From the IMG/VR virus record IMGVR_UViG_3300019890_000003, positions 1 through 64,000 of that record: DNA of 64,000 bases; one strand, 5' to 3'. This document shows, in pieces, positions 28,335 through 38,077 of this stretch. The DNA is from a virus. The position numbers and the translations under genes are program-made. The notes beneath the pieces were generated by a model that did no database searches, was not told the origin of the DNA, and saw only the letters and a program-made list of their open reading frames with translations. How positions within the stretch are numbered: position 1 is the stretch's first letter; each line of letters starts with the position of its first letter.

Positions 28335-28405
28335 TGGCGGGGTTGCCGGTTAGCTACGCCGGTCCTACGCGGGCTCCCGCGCCGTGCTGCTCACACTACA
28401 ACCCC
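28335..28405 (-). ncRNA. Degenerate tRNA-like RNA with encoded CCA and no canonical anticodon loop
   Basis: GGGGTTG-TA-GTGT(GAGCA)GCAC-G-GCGCG(GGAGCC)CGCGT-AGGA-CCGGC(GTAGCTA)ACCGG-CAACCCC-G-CCA. Confidence 0.65.
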
Positions 28406-28414
28406 AGATATAAA

Positions 28415-28657
28415 TTAATCCCCGCACTCGCGGCGATACAGCTCGCAATTGCCCTGGCCCTCTTCGCCTAGCTCATGCTTATGGGCGCAAGCCGCGCGCA
28501 ATTCCCGACACCTACCCTCGGCATGATCCCTGTGGTGTTCATGCTGTAATGGCTCAACTCTGAGCCCATTAGGGCCAATCTCAAATTCCTGTGAGAATGC
28601 CGACAGCGGGAAGGCAAACGCGGCAGCAAGGATCAGGGCGAGGGCGTATGAACGCAT
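28415..28657 (-). CDS. Small secreted Cys-rich protein
   Basis: Signal peptide; CRELRAAC.HK.ELGEEGQGNC..YRREC. Confidence 0.65.
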   Translation of the reverse strand: MRSYALALILAAAFAFPLSAFSQEFEIGPNGLRVEPLQHEHHRDHAEGRCRELRAACAHKHELGEEGQGNCELYRRECGD

Positions 28658-28743
28658 GGATTATTTCCCAACAAATGGCGCGAGGGCGGCAACCAAAAAG
28701 CAGATTGCCGTAACCAAATACATGATATCTTGGAAGCGTTGCA

Positions 28744-29316
28744 CTACGCAGCCTTATCGGTTGCGATAATATGTTCCGGATAAGCAATCGCATTCCATTT
28801 TGCTACCGGATCAACTAGCCAATCATCGCTCCAATGGCCAGGTGGATGCGGCAGCTTGATTTCGTTTATCGAACGCAACGCACTGTGCGGTACAAAATAG
28901 GCGCCCTCGCGTTCGCCGTGAGAATGCAACCATTCCGCTCGGCGCGCGTCTTGCGCCATTATCCAGCCCCATACGATGAACATAGGGCCTGTGCCGGTTA
29001 CGAGAGAGTAGGGACGATCTTTCGAATCTTTTCGTACAATCAACTGATATTCGTGTTGCGTCCTAGTTCTAACCTCAAAGTCACCGACGTCCGGATCATT
29101 AGGCCGATTAACTGATTTCCGCCATTGCAACCCTGTCGCTTTGGCAAAACAGCATTCGCCGCGCGCGCCTGTCCGATGCAAAAACTCGCCGCCCGTCGCG
29201 CCGTATTTATCCTCGCTATGAAGGCGCTCTGATTCGGCTTGCCTCAAATTACCGATCTCGTCGGCCTCCGACATCTCAGCAGGCGTAAGGCTCCAAGGCT
29301 GAGCAATGAATTTCAA
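28744..29316 (-). CDS. PD-(D/E)XK nuclease-like protein
   Basis: GE...PDVGDFEVRT pattern. Confidence 0.5.
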   Translation of the reverse strand: MKFIAQPWSLTPAEMSEADEIGNLRQAESERLHSEDKYGATGGEFLHRTGARGECCFAKATGLQWRKSVNRPNDPDVGDFEVRTRTQHEYQLIVRKDSKDRPYSLVTGTGPMFIVWGWIMAQDARRAEWLHSHGEREGAYFVPHSALRSINEIKLPHPPGHWSDDWLVDPVAKWNAIAYPEHIIATDKAA

Positions 29317-29682
29317 ATTGGATGGGCTTTCTAAGGGCTTTTGCCCACCGGGAGGTCAAAAAAAGGCCCGCGTGTGAGATCGCGAGCCATAAGTTTGGCT
29401 TGGGAGGAAATCACGGAACGGCCAGCGCATCAAGCGCAAAGAGGCACGGTGCGTTTCTGACACAAAGCATAGGCAAAGGCCCATGTCAAGCGGTATCGAT
29501 AGGCTTTTGCCCAACGTCATCAGATTTCACAATTACCGGGCGTTGCCGCCACGGGAATAGCTCTTGCTTGTAGGTTGCCGCCATAATCACAACCTTGGCT
29601 ATTACGCCGAAGCACATGGCGGCAAAAGCCAACCCCATCAGAATGCCACAGCCGGCACCAACCAAAAAGCCAATGACGAATT

Positions 29683-29952
29683 CTAGGTGCACGTTATCTG
29701 CTCGCGGAAGCTCTCAAGGTTTTTGCGCTCTGGCATGGTGAGCTTTTGGCGATCGCCTGAGCGCTTGTTCCGGATGTTGCAGCACACGTAGCAACTGCAC
29801 GTTTGCGGCTGTTCCTTAAACCTCGCCATGGCCTTGGGATCGGTCCAGCACGGGCACGACAAATCCTCGTAATGCTGATTACGATCTTCCTTCAGCCGCC
29901 GCCACATATGGCGGCTTTCCTGATGGCGCCTATATGAAATTTCCCTGGTCAT
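29683..29952 (-). CDS. Cys-rich hypothetical protein
   Basis: CSCYVCCN motif. Confidence 0.55.
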   Translation of the reverse strand: MTREISYRRHQESRHMWRRLKEDRNQHYEDLSCPCWTDPKAMARFKEQPQTCSCYVCCNIRNKRSGDRQKLTMPERKNLESFREQITCT

Positions 29953-30258
29953 TCCTTAGGCCTCTCACCATAAAAGCCAGCAATAATTCTCATCAATTCG
30001 TGCGGAGTGAATTCCCCGTCCAGCGTTATTGATTTTTCATTGAAGCATATCCACGCGCCATCGCGAGATAGGTCTACCGTTGTCCCCTTTGGGACGGGGG
30101 CGTTAATAAATTCATCGAGAGTTGTTCTTGTCATCGCCGACCTATCCACATCGCCAAATCCAACACGACAGCTACTCCGACGCAAATGACTGCCGCGCCA
30201 ACAAGGATGGCCGCTAAGTCGAGGATGATGCCGCCGATGTTAACCACCCAATCGAGCA

Positions 30259-30789
30259 TCATCTCCGCCCCAATTTCTTCAACAGTTGCGCAAGCGAAAA
30301 CAAAATCTCGATCGCGTGCGGCTCGAGCAATGGATCGATCTCAGCCTCGTGCACCGTGAGCATGCGCAACGCGCTAAATCCGTAAATGCTTTGGCGCTTG
30401 AGAGGTTTCTCGAGGCGCTCGAGTTCCTCCTTGAGCTTGATCGCCTTCTCCTCGCTTACCCCAGCCCCAGAGCCAGAACCGCCATCCGATGTTGGTTGCG
30501 GAATGCCCTTAGCCGCATAGAATTGGCGCACCAATCCGCCATACTCGATCCCGCTGTCGTAAATCTCTCGCCTTAGCTTGTGCCGAAGACACATTCGCCC
30601 AAGCGGGGATTCGCACTCTTGAAGGTTGTCACCACGCCGATGCGGTTGCGATAACACTGTAATCATTTCGGCTATCCCAACATATTTGTCTCGATCGGCG
30701 GCAAGCAAGCGCTTCAAACGCCCGTTGGGCTCACGCGGGCCGAACTTTCGCTTGCGGCCGAGGCGGTTCATCTGCTCATTCGCCAGCAT
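30259..30789 (-). CDS. Putative late-gene regulator (Q-like position)
   Basis: GRKRK...REPNGRL basic N-terminus; near the end of the leftward early operon. Confidence 0.45.
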   Translation of the reverse strand: MLANEQMNRLGRKRKFGPREPNGRLKRLLAADRDKYVGIAEMITVLSQPHRRGDNLQECESPLGRMCLRHKLRREIYDSGIEYGGLVRQFYAAKGIPQPTSDGGSGSGAGVSEEKAIKLKEELERLEKPLKRQSIYGFSALRMLTVHEAEIDPLLEPHAIEILFSLAQLLKKLGRR

Positions 30790-31000
30790 TCGCGACTAAC
30801 CAAAGGGCAATTGCAGCCCCCACGAACAAAGCTAGAACTGCGATTATCGTAACTTGCAACCAGTTCATTCCGCCGCCTCGCGCATCCGCTTTTTCCTCAT
30901 GTAGTCACGCATATATCGGCGCATATACGCGTTGTACCTTTCGCGTGTACTCCAGTTCCCATTCTTCGATCCGCTCGCAGAAGTCTCAATGGGTTGCTCG

Positions 31001-31201
31001 TCATAAGCAATCTTGCCGCGATATAGCTTCATGCGGCCCATCGTCCTCGACAAACTCCACGCCACTCGACAAGCATTCCAAACATATTTTCCTCGGCTTC
31101 GTGGAGATTGGCGGCTTCGACGGATCGCTCCAATCGATGCAATACCCGATTGCCGTGCGTTGTACGCCACAATAATCGCAAAATGGATGATTTTCTATCA
31201 T
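31001..31201 (-). CDS. Zn-ribbon hypothetical protein
   Basis: CDYC...CLEC. Confidence 0.45.
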   Translation of the reverse strand: MIENHPFCDYCGVQRTAIGYCIDWSDPSKPPISTKPRKICLECLSSGVEFVEDDGPHEAISRQDCL

Positions 31202-31271
31202 TTTACCGACGTTCTATCCCATTTTCCTAGTGTTCTCGCGTATAAAGGGCAGTTATGTCAGCATTGCTGAC

Positions 31272-31523
31272 CTAACTATCCAGCCTCGCCGTCTCGGTTT
31301 CCACGCGGCGCACGCCCTCGACAAGCCATGCTTGCCGGAAAATCTTTTCATTATCGGCCATGCAAATTTCCAGGATCTCATACGGCACGCCTGGCAATGG
31401 CTTATCGTCTTTGTCGAGCGGTTGCCATTCGACATCGGCCTCGAAGCGCGCAACCGCTCGCACACCTTCCGGCGGCGACAATCCATCTCGGCATCTAGCC
31501 AACACGTGAAATCTAATTTTCAT
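31272..31523 (-). CDS. Hypothetical protein
   Basis: Coupled ORF. Confidence 0.45.
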   Translation of the reverse strand: MKIRFHVLARCRDGLSPPEGVRAVARFEADVEWQPLDKDDKPLPGVPYEILEICMADNEKIFRQAWLVEGVRRVETETARLDS

Positions 31524-31717
31524 ACTGGCGGCCTATCCCAATTAAATCCATCCTTCACAGATTGATTTAGCTCATTGATGATTTCATCAATGTACATCTT
31601 GTCCTTGTAATCAACATCGACCCATACATAAGCAACATGTATCCATCCAATCGCGCTCTTTTGACACAACTCCAACATCACTACGGACATGCGCTTAATT
31701 TGATCCATCACATTCAC
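31520..31717 (-). CDS. Hypothetical protein
   Basis: Coupled ORF. Confidence 0.45.
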   Translation of the reverse strand: MNVMDQIKRMSVVMLELCQKSAIGWIHVAYVWVDVDYKDKMYIDEIINELNQSVKDGFNWDRPPV

Positions 31718-32121
31718 CTCTTGCGGAAAACTTCCCGTGTGGCCCTATCCGGATCGATCGGCACACCAGAGCGCAAATCCGCCACCACTTTTTGGAAGCC
31801 GTCGATAATACGCTGCCTCGTTATGGCATCGTTCTGCGACGGCATGCTTGTCAACTCACGTGGCCGTCTTCGCTGCGCCTCGCGCGCGGCAAAAGCTTCC
31901 GCAGCTTGAAACAACTCGGCCGCCGTGGGCAAAAACCGCCCATCGCCAATTTTGCCCTTGGCCGCATACTCGCAGGCCTCGATCACAAATCGCGGTTCCC
32001 GCTTCTCGAGAACCTCCCAATACGCCATCAATTTTCCCTTGCGCTCACTCTCGTCGCCACTCTGTGGGTAGCAAAGGAATAGTTTTGCCAGGGCCTTCTT
32101 CGCGTCCTGTTGTGTCATCAT
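31714..32121 (-). CDS. Helicase-loader-like (lambda P / G39P position) protein
   Basis: Follows the initiator; AYWEVL...RFLPTAAEL motif. Confidence 0.55.
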   Translation of the reverse strand: MMTQQDAKKALAKLFLCYPQSGDESERKGKLMAYWEVLEKREPRFVIEACEYAAKGKIGDGRFLPTAAELFQAAEAFAAREAQRRRPRELTSMPSQNDAITRQRIIDGFQKVVADLRSGVPIDPDRATREVFRKR

Positions 32122-32893
32122 CGCCCTCTAAAAATGCTTTCGTCGCGCCGCCAGATCCATTGCTTCGCCCATGCCCATTCGGGCTTGCGCGCGCCGGTTG
32201 ATCCAACCATCGCTCTTGGTTCAGGAATGTTGCCGGGTTCAGCCAAGGACGGTCTGGAGGCTTGTCGCACCTGTAGCGCTCAATACCCAAAAGAATGGCT
32301 TGCTGATCGAAATCTGGTTGTTTGGCTATTCGCTCGAATGATTTCCGCGCCGCCGGCTTCCCAACTTTGTTCGGCCACATTTCCCAAAATTCATCAAAGC
32401 ATCTGCTTACCGGCGAAGTCCGAGCTTGGCTTGGACAACTCTCAATAGAGGTACGATTCTTTATCGTTAAGGTAGGATCTAGATCTAGGTGTAGAGACTC
32501 TTTCCTAGATCCTAGATCAGGCGCGAGGCTTCGCGAGGCTTCGCGAGTCTTTCGCGAGGATTCGCGAGGGCCTGGTATTTTGGAAATCCCCGGATGGTCA
32601 ATCTTTTGATGTTTCAACCAGTTACATATTTGCAAATATGAATCACCGTCAATCGTATATTTCTCAACACAACCGTTAGCAACCAATTCATCCATCCAGC
32701 CGTCGAGAAGCTCTCGCGCATCATCGTCGTATGGAAAGAGAAGGCTCGCGAGCATTCGCGAGGCCGCGCGAGAACGTCCCGAATCGTCCGCAATCGTCCA
32801 TAATTCAATGAATAAGAGCCGCGCATCGCGCGACAATTTCCCAATAGTTTCGGATTGAGGAAATTCCGGTTTGATGCTTCTGATGCGCGCCAT
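32045..32893 (-). CDS. Replication initiator protein
   Basis: MARIRSIKPEF...ARLLFIELWTIADDSGR...NWLKHQKID; C-terminal FDEFWEMWPNKVGK...PATFLNQERW. Confidence 0.85.
   Translation of the reverse strand: MARIRSIKPEFPQSETIGKLSRDARLLFIELWTIADDSGRSRAASRMLASLLFPYDDDARELLDGWMDELVANGCVEKYTIDGDSYLQICNWLKHQKIDHPGISKIPGPRESSRKTREASRSLAPDLGSRKESLHLDLDPTLTIKNRTSIESCPSQARTSPVSRCFDEFWEMWPNKVGKPAARKSFERIAKQPDFDQQAILLGIERYRCDKPPDRPWLNPATFLNQERWLDQPARASPNGHGRSNGSGGATKAFLEGDDDTTGREEGPGKTIPLLPTEWRRE
32474..32570. repeat. Putative origin iterons inside the initiator gene
   Basis: Five tandem ~10-bp (T)CGCGAG units at 32521-32570, next to CTAGAT repeats. Confidence 0.55.
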
Positions 32894-32899
32894 TACACA

Positions 32900-33412
32900 T
32901 CACCGGCCCAACAAAGCGACGATATCGGCGACAGCCGCCGCGCACTTTTCGTCTTTCTGCATCCTGTCCTTAACGCGCTTGACAGAATGAATAACAGTGG
33001 CGTGATCTAAGCCAAAATAGCCGGCGATCCTTATAAAGGAAAACGGGACAAGCGCCATCTCATGTCCTTGATACCGAACTTGACGGCAAAACGTGCGCAT
33101 AATGTACAACGCAACCTGTCGAGGCTTCACGATACGCGCTAGCTTCGTTCGGACTTTAATCTCATCCACAGATAGCCCATAGTACGCGGCCGTTACATGA
33201 ATAACTGACTTCGGCGTAGCGCGGCCACCAAACAGGCGGTCGTTAATCTCTCGCCACCTGGCTGCTATTTCTTCAACAGCAGTAGGCGCCGTCTCTGGCT
33301 CAATATCTGGCAGTTCGACGCTCGGCATCGGCTCTGGCTCAGACGGTGGCAACATCCACAACCGCTCATGAACAGCAAGATAGTGCGCCTTGAGTTCAGC
33401 ATCGATGCTCAT
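32900..33412 (-). CDS. DnaA C-terminal HTH (Bac_DnaA_C)-like protein
   Basis: IVKPRQVALY...SFIRIAGYFGLDHATVIHSVKRV. Confidence 0.75.
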   Translation of the reverse strand: MSIDAELKAHYLAVHERLWMLPPSEPEPMPSVELPDIEPETAPTAVEEIAARWREINDRLFGGRATPKSVIHVTAAYYGLSVDEIKVRTKLARIVKPRQVALYIMRTFCRQVRYQGHEMALVPFSFIRIAGYFGLDHATVIHSVKRVKDRMQKDEKCAAAVADIVALLGR

Positions 33413-33723
33413 TCCGCCGCATCCTCGTATAACATAGATCTTTCAGATACCCACTCGTCCGGCTCAATGGCTACAACCGGCAATTGCTTTGCTCTTTCTA
33501 TCAAAGGCTCAAGCGGTTGCGGATGGCGCGGGCGCCAAAGCAAGGGCATGCTTTCTAATTCATTCCAAGGATTATTAATCGAACCTAATGTATCGCCAGT
33601 CCATTCGCCTAAATCAATGCGCCAACTTTTATTTGAATCCTCAACATACACGTCAACCCACACGCCAATAGGCGGCGGATTGTCGAATGTCTGCCAGCGA
33701 TTCTTCTTCCCTTTTTTCGTCAT
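33409..33723 (-). CDS. Hypothetical protein (DUF551-like)
   Basis: WQTFDNPP...LWRP.HPQP. Confidence 0.5.
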   Translation of the reverse strand: MTKKGKKNRWQTFDNPPPIGVWVDVYVEDSNKSWRIDLGEWTGDTLGSINNPWNELESMPLLWRPRHPQPLEPLIERAKQLPVVAIEPDEWVSERSMLYEDAAE

Positions 33724-33724
33724 A

Positions 33725-34156
33725 CTAGCTCCCGGTTAGCCTGATGCGTACACAATTCCAGTTTTCAAATAAGTACAGCACTTCCTTCATTGTCCGGCAA
33801 ACCGAATGCGGCACATTGTTCCGGATACACCAAAGCTGGAAGGCTTGTTGATCATCGGTGAGCTGCTCGCCTTCTCGTTTTAGTTCGAGGCAATGCATCT
33901 GTCCGGTTGGCGGCACTAGCACAAAGTCAGGCCAACCACGGCGCACACCCATTCTCTTCAACTTCGTTGCCGTCCGGACGTCCCTTAACTCGCCGCTTGC
34001 GATATGGGTCCATTGCCAATCAGGCAAACAATGCTCGCGAAGCACTTTCGCAACATCGTACTGCAGTACAATCTCTTTAGGCCTCGACGCCGCCGCCTTG
34101 CGTAAACGCGGTTTGCGGCCTTGGGCAAGCATAAGGAAGGGGAGGGTGGCTCTCAT
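33725..34156 (-). CDS. VRR-NUC nuclease
   Basis: KRMGVRRGWPDF...LELKREGEQLTDDQQAF. Confidence 0.85.
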   Translation of the reverse strand: MRATLPFLMLAQGRKPRLRKAAASRPKEIVLQYDVAKVLREHCLPDWQWTHIASGELRDVRTATKLKRMGVRRGWPDFVLVPPTGQMHCLELKREGEQLTDDQQAFQLWCIRNNVPHSVCRTMKEVLYLFENWNCVRIRLTGS

Positions 34157-34497
34157 AATTTACGTGTCGGCGCAAATATGGTTTGCCGCTGCCCATACTC
34201 CGCCCTCAGATCCTCTAGGTGCCTGTCACATGCAGCCACTAAATCAAAAGAGCCAAGCGAGTTTTCTCGCAACTCTTTCGGCCCAGCATTATCGGCGTTT
34301 CTAAAATGCCGGCGCTGTGGTGGCCGCCTTGGTGGTGGCGGTTGGAATAGATAGACAACCGGGTCGCCGGCGCGGATGCGCCGCTTGACGCGCTTAACGG
34401 TACTAAGGTTGCAATTGAAGCGAATGGCAAGCTGCTGGTTCGTTAACTCACCGTTAACGAGAAGATTGCACTCGGACTTGGTAAGGGGCGTGCTCAT
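34153..34497 (-). CDS. HTH protein
   Basis: TNQQLAIRFNCNLSTVKRVK. Confidence 0.6.
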   Translation of the reverse strand: MSTPLTKSECNLLVNGELTNQQLAIRFNCNLSTVKRVKRRIRAGDPVVYLFQPPPPRRPPQRRHFRNADNAGPKELRENSLGSFDLVAACDRHLEDLRAEYGQRQTIFAPTRKL

Positions 34498-34498
34498 T

Positions 34499-34660
34499 TT
34501 ATTTGCGCAGATGTAGGAATTGACGGATAGTGTGTAGTTCGATCCCTACCCATACCGCCGCCCAAACTATCGCGGCAGATATGGCGGCTGCGCCAAGGAA
34601 GAACCAATGCCCTAAACTATCGACATGTTCTATCAACTCGTGGAATTGGGCATCGTTCAT
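34499..34660 (-). CDS. Small membrane protein, paralog B
   Basis: Read by hand: MNDAQFHELIEHVDSLGHWFFLGAAAISAAIVWAAVWVG... Confidence 0.55.
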   Translation of the reverse strand: MNDAQFHELIEHVDSLGHWFFLGAAAISAAIVWAAVWVGIELHTIRQFLHLRK

Positions 34661-34830
34661 TTTCTCGATCTTTCATTCCAAAGCATTTCTAGCCACGCCA
34701 AGAGCAGAACAATCGCGAGAACGGCCAACATCATGCTGCCACCGAAAAGAATGGATTGCCATGTTGGGTTAATACGGAATGCAGAAGCGTCTACATGTTC
34801 AAGCAGTTCCTGGAATTGGGCATCAGTCAT
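34657..34830 (-). CDS. Small membrane protein, paralog A
   Basis: Read by hand: MTDAQFQELLEHVDASAFR...; SD GGAGG; ATGA overlap with paralog B. Confidence 0.55.
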   Translation of the reverse strand: MTDAQFQELLEHVDASAFRINPTWQSILFGGSMMLAVLAIVLLLAWLEMLWNERSRK

Positions 34831-35034
34831 AGTGTGCCTCCTAAAGTAACCGCCTTATCGAGTTTCACGGGCATTATGAACCCAGCCTAGCGGCTGCCGA
34901 AAGGAAGGAACCCGAACTCGATCTTGTAGCGCCTTGCACGCTTGCCCGTTGACGGTGCGGCTGCAGGTAAAGTACCCTCCTCGCGGGATCTTTGGATTCT
35001 ATTGAAGATGTACCATCCGGCGATGTTGCCGCGC

Positions 35035-35343
35035 CTACTCCGCCGCCTTGGCTCGGCGCGAGCGCGCGGTTTTCATGTACGCGTCAATCTGCCTTGCAAC
35101 ATCGAGCTTTATCCCGCCGGTGCCCTTCTTGACGCCTAAACGGAGACGCGGGAGGAATTTCGAATTCTCGACGGCAAACGTGCCGAACTCGGTATCGATC
35201 AAGTGCGCGGCCCGGATGCGAGCTTCGCGTAGCGTCCGCGCCCGTTTCTTTTTGAGGATGGCTAAGGCGCGCTCTTCTAATGGCGCCGTTTCGCGCAAGA
35301 ATTCGTCGATTTGTTTAAGGAAGTCAGCTGCTGTCGGTATCAT
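35035..35343 (-). CDS. Cro-like regulator
   Basis: FLKQIDEFL...TEFGTFAVENSKFLPRLR...LDVARQIDAYM; divergent from the repressor. Confidence 0.65.
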   Translation of the reverse strand: MIPTAADFLKQIDEFLRETAPLEERALAILKKKRARTLREARIRAAHLIDTEFGTFAVENSKFLPRLRLGVKKGTGGIKLDVARQIDAYMKTARSRRAKAAE

Positions 35344-35352
35344 GATAAGCCT

Positions 35353-35590
35353 AATATAAAAGGCAATTGCCCTCTTTGTCAACGCAAAACGTCACCAATC
35401 CGGTATGTGCAGCGATGGCATTTGTGCTATGCGGCAACACAAAGTCTTTACCGCTCCCGCCCACGTTAGGTAATTGTACCTATGGACCGCAGGGCATTTG
35501 TCCTGTAAGTGGGCGCGACATTTTGTCTCGTAAGAGATCGGCAACATTTGCCCTGTAATTTTTTATTTTAGAAATTTGGGATTTTGCCCA
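35353..35590. promoter_or_regulatory. Genetic-switch region with several operators and a leftward promoter
   Basis: Minus-strand TTGACA (35382-35377) and TATATT; operator-like copies at 35360, 35491, 35541 and 35577. Confidence 0.65.
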
Positions 35591-36009
35591 TGCCAATATC
35601 TGACGCGCAGCGCGCTCGCTTTCGAGAAGAAATGGATAGGGTAGGCGTCGACAGTAAAAAGGCCGCCTCGGTTAAAGCTAGATGGAAGAGCGGGCCGAAG
35701 GCCGGAAAGCCGTTGAGCGACAGTTACATAAGCCAAGCTTTAAACAAAGGCCGAGGCAGCTATCAAGGCATGGAGCTTATCTGCGAGGCGACAGGCGGGG
35801 ATTGGCCATACGTGAAGGATGGGAAGCGCACGCCGCCGTTTATTAAAGGGCAAGGGCCACGCTCCGTCACCTCGCCGCCGCTTGATTTCGACGCGCTTCG
35901 TGACTTGATAGCGTCGGCGCTCGGGATAGCTGGGATGTCCCCACAAGACGCCGCGTCTCTGGCGAAAAGCGTCGTGAAAACTTGGCGAGACAGGCAATCT
36001 CTCGATTGA
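35590..36009 (+). CDS. CI-like repressor (XRE HTH, no S24 peptidase domain)
   Basis: LSDSYISQALNKGRGS...ICEATGGDWPYVKDG; divergent from the cro-like gene. Confidence 0.6.
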   Translation: MPISDAQRARFREEMDRVGVDSKKAASVKARWKSGPKAGKPLSDSYISQALNKGRGSYQGMELICEATGGDWPYVKDGKRTPPFIKGQGPRSVTSPPLDFDALRDLIASALGIAGMSPQDAASLAKSVVKTWRDRQSLD

Positions 36010-36345
36010 TTACCTTGCGTTTCGGTTCCGGACTAAAAATCAATTGACGCTTTAATTCATTGATTTGAGCCAACATTCCCCTCAATAAGACGCGGTCCCA
36101 CAGCGCTCGGCGCGCGCGTTCACTCTGCATGGCGAAATCCCTATTATTAAGGTTGATCAGAAATTGGGAGGAGCGAAACGAAACAGGCTCGTTGCATTAT
36201 TTGACACAAAACACACGCAAAACGAAACGGCATCGTTGCGTTACCAATAGCTAAGCACGTTTCCGGCCAGAACGTCCACTCACGAAACATTAAATAAAAG
36301 TCAGGGTTGCCTAAGGAGTGGGCACAAAGATTTATATCCTGATCG

Positions 36346-36386
36346 AGGGCAATTGCCTTGACATCGGCGACATTTGCCCTTACTAA
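36346..36386 (+). promoter_or_regulatory. Promoter with tandem operators
   Basis: AGGGCAATTGCCTT overlapping TTGACA-17-TACTAA; second site in the spacer. Confidence 0.6.
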
Positions 36387-36423
36387 CGTGGCAACCATAG
36401 CAAATCAACTGATGAGGAAACAC

Positions 36424-37233
36424 ATGGAAGCCCACAAATTGGCCAATCTATTCCCACTCATGGACGAGCTGGAATTGAAAGGCTTGACTGAATCTATCCA
36501 CATGAACGGCCAACGTGAACCGATCATCCTCTATGAGGACCAGATCCTGGATGGCCGTAACCGCTACGCGGCTTGCATCGCGGCCAACGTGGATCCCGTC
36601 TTTGCGCCATTCCCCGGTGGCGACCCACTCGACTTCATCGTCGATCACAATCTTCGTCGGAGGCATTTGACGCCGGCGCAAGCGCAATTGGCGGCTGCCG
36701 AATATGCGAACATGAAACGCGGCGCGCCAGTCGGAAATCAAAACGCTGCGACAACAAAGGTTCCAATTGGTCCTTTTGTTTCACCACAAGAAGATCAAGA
36801 GGTTACGTCAGTTAACCTAAAAACCGCAGCCGACAAAATGGGCGTGAGTCACACCTCGGTAAGGCGTGCGTCGGCAGTCAAAAATAGCGGGCGGACCGAT
36901 TTGATCGAGGACATAAAGGCCGGCAAGCGCACGGTGTGGAATGCCTACGAAGAAATGCAGGGCAGGGAGCCAGGCGAAAAGAAGCCGTCTGCCGAGCGCA
37001 ATGGTAATGGCAAGGCTCGGCCACGTCGAGCGCCTCTGCACGAGGAAATTGGCGTGACCATGTGGTCGCATCTCAAGGTGGCCCTCATGGCGCTGACTAA
37101 TCTGCCGGCCGCCGATGAAGTTGCCGCCATCACCAAAAAGAATCCCAGAAGAGTCATGCTCGTCGATGCGCGCGTCTCTAGGGCAACCAAATGGTTGACG
37201 GAGTTTTCAAACGCATGGAACCAGGGAGCCTGA
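36424..37233 (+). CDS. ParB/Srx N-terminal domain plus HTH protein
   Basis: AHKLANLFPLM...ILDGRNRYAAC...NLRRRHLT...AADKMGVS. Confidence 0.75.
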   Translation: MEAHKLANLFPLMDELELKGLTESIHMNGQREPIILYEDQILDGRNRYAACIAANVDPVFAPFPGGDPLDFIVDHNLRRRHLTPAQAQLAAAEYANMKRGAPVGNQNAATTKVPIGPFVSPQEDQEVTSVNLKTAADKMGVSHTSVRRASAVKNSGRTDLIEDIKAGKRTVWNAYEEMQGREPGEKKPSAERNGNGKARPRRAPLHEEIGVTMWSHLKVALMALTNLPAADEVAAITKKNPRRVMLVDARVSRATKWLTEFSNAWNQGA

Positions 37234-37234
37234 C

Positions 37235-38059
37235 ATGACTGCGCTTAAGAAAGTTGACTTTGGCCGTCGGATTATAACGCCGGCCGACGCACAAAAGCTG
37301 ATCGAACACAATCAGCATAATCGCCCAATCCGCGACCGGCACGTCGCGCGCATTGCCAACGAAATAAAACTGGATCGATGGAAGTTCAATGGCGACACGA
37401 TCAAACTCGCCGACACCGGAGACGTGCTCGACGGCCAGCATCGGCTTTGGGCCATCATCATGGCAGATAAGCCCGTTGAGACGATCATTGTCAACGGGAT
37501 CGCGCGCGACGCCTTTGCGACTATCGACACCATCAGGCAAGCGCGCACCGGATCCGATGTCTTGGCGTTGAACAACGTCAAGCGCTATCGCACCATCATG
37601 GCGTCTGGGCTCTCGTGGTTCATCCGCCTTCGCCGCAATGTGATGGTTGAGTGGAAGGCGCCCGAGAACAAGATCGAAAACTCTGACATCGAGGCGGCGG
37701 CAATCGAGAATCCCGACTTCTATCTAGCCGTCGAACGTGTGATGTGTCTTCGCGGGCTCACCAACCCATCCATCTTCGCATTTCTTTATTTCGTGCTTTC
37801 GAATCGGAACTACGATCTTGCAGAGAGAATGGTTAACACGCTCGAGAATCCAGAAGGGGTTGCACTGAGCGATCCGTTCTACCGCTTGCGCTCCTACCTT
37901 ACTTCCGATCACCACAAGCGCAAGGAGCCCTTGACGACGATCGCCATTGCAATCAAGGCAATCAATCTCGCCGACAAAGGGCAAAAAATCCAAGCCCTGG
38001 CATGGCGCAGCCAAGGCAAGAATGCCGAGGCTTTCCCAACACTCAACGTTAAAAAATAA
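37235..38059 (+). CDS. Second ParB/Srx-like protein
   Basis: ITPADAQKLIEHNQHNRPI...WKFNGDTI...LDGQHRLWAI. Confidence 0.7.
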   Translation: MTALKKVDFGRRIITPADAQKLIEHNQHNRPIRDRHVARIANEIKLDRWKFNGDTIKLADTGDVLDGQHRLWAIIMADKPVETIIVNGIARDAFATIDTIRQARTGSDVLALNNVKRYRTIMASGLSWFIRLRRNVMVEWKAPENKIENSDIEAAAIENPDFYLAVERVMCLRGLTNPSIFAFLYFVLSNRNYDLAERMVNTLENPEGVALSDPFYRLRSYLTSDHHKRKEPLTTIAIAIKAINLADKGQKIQALAWRSQGKNAEAFPTLNVKK

Positions 38060-38077
38060 CGCCCGCATGCGAGGGGA

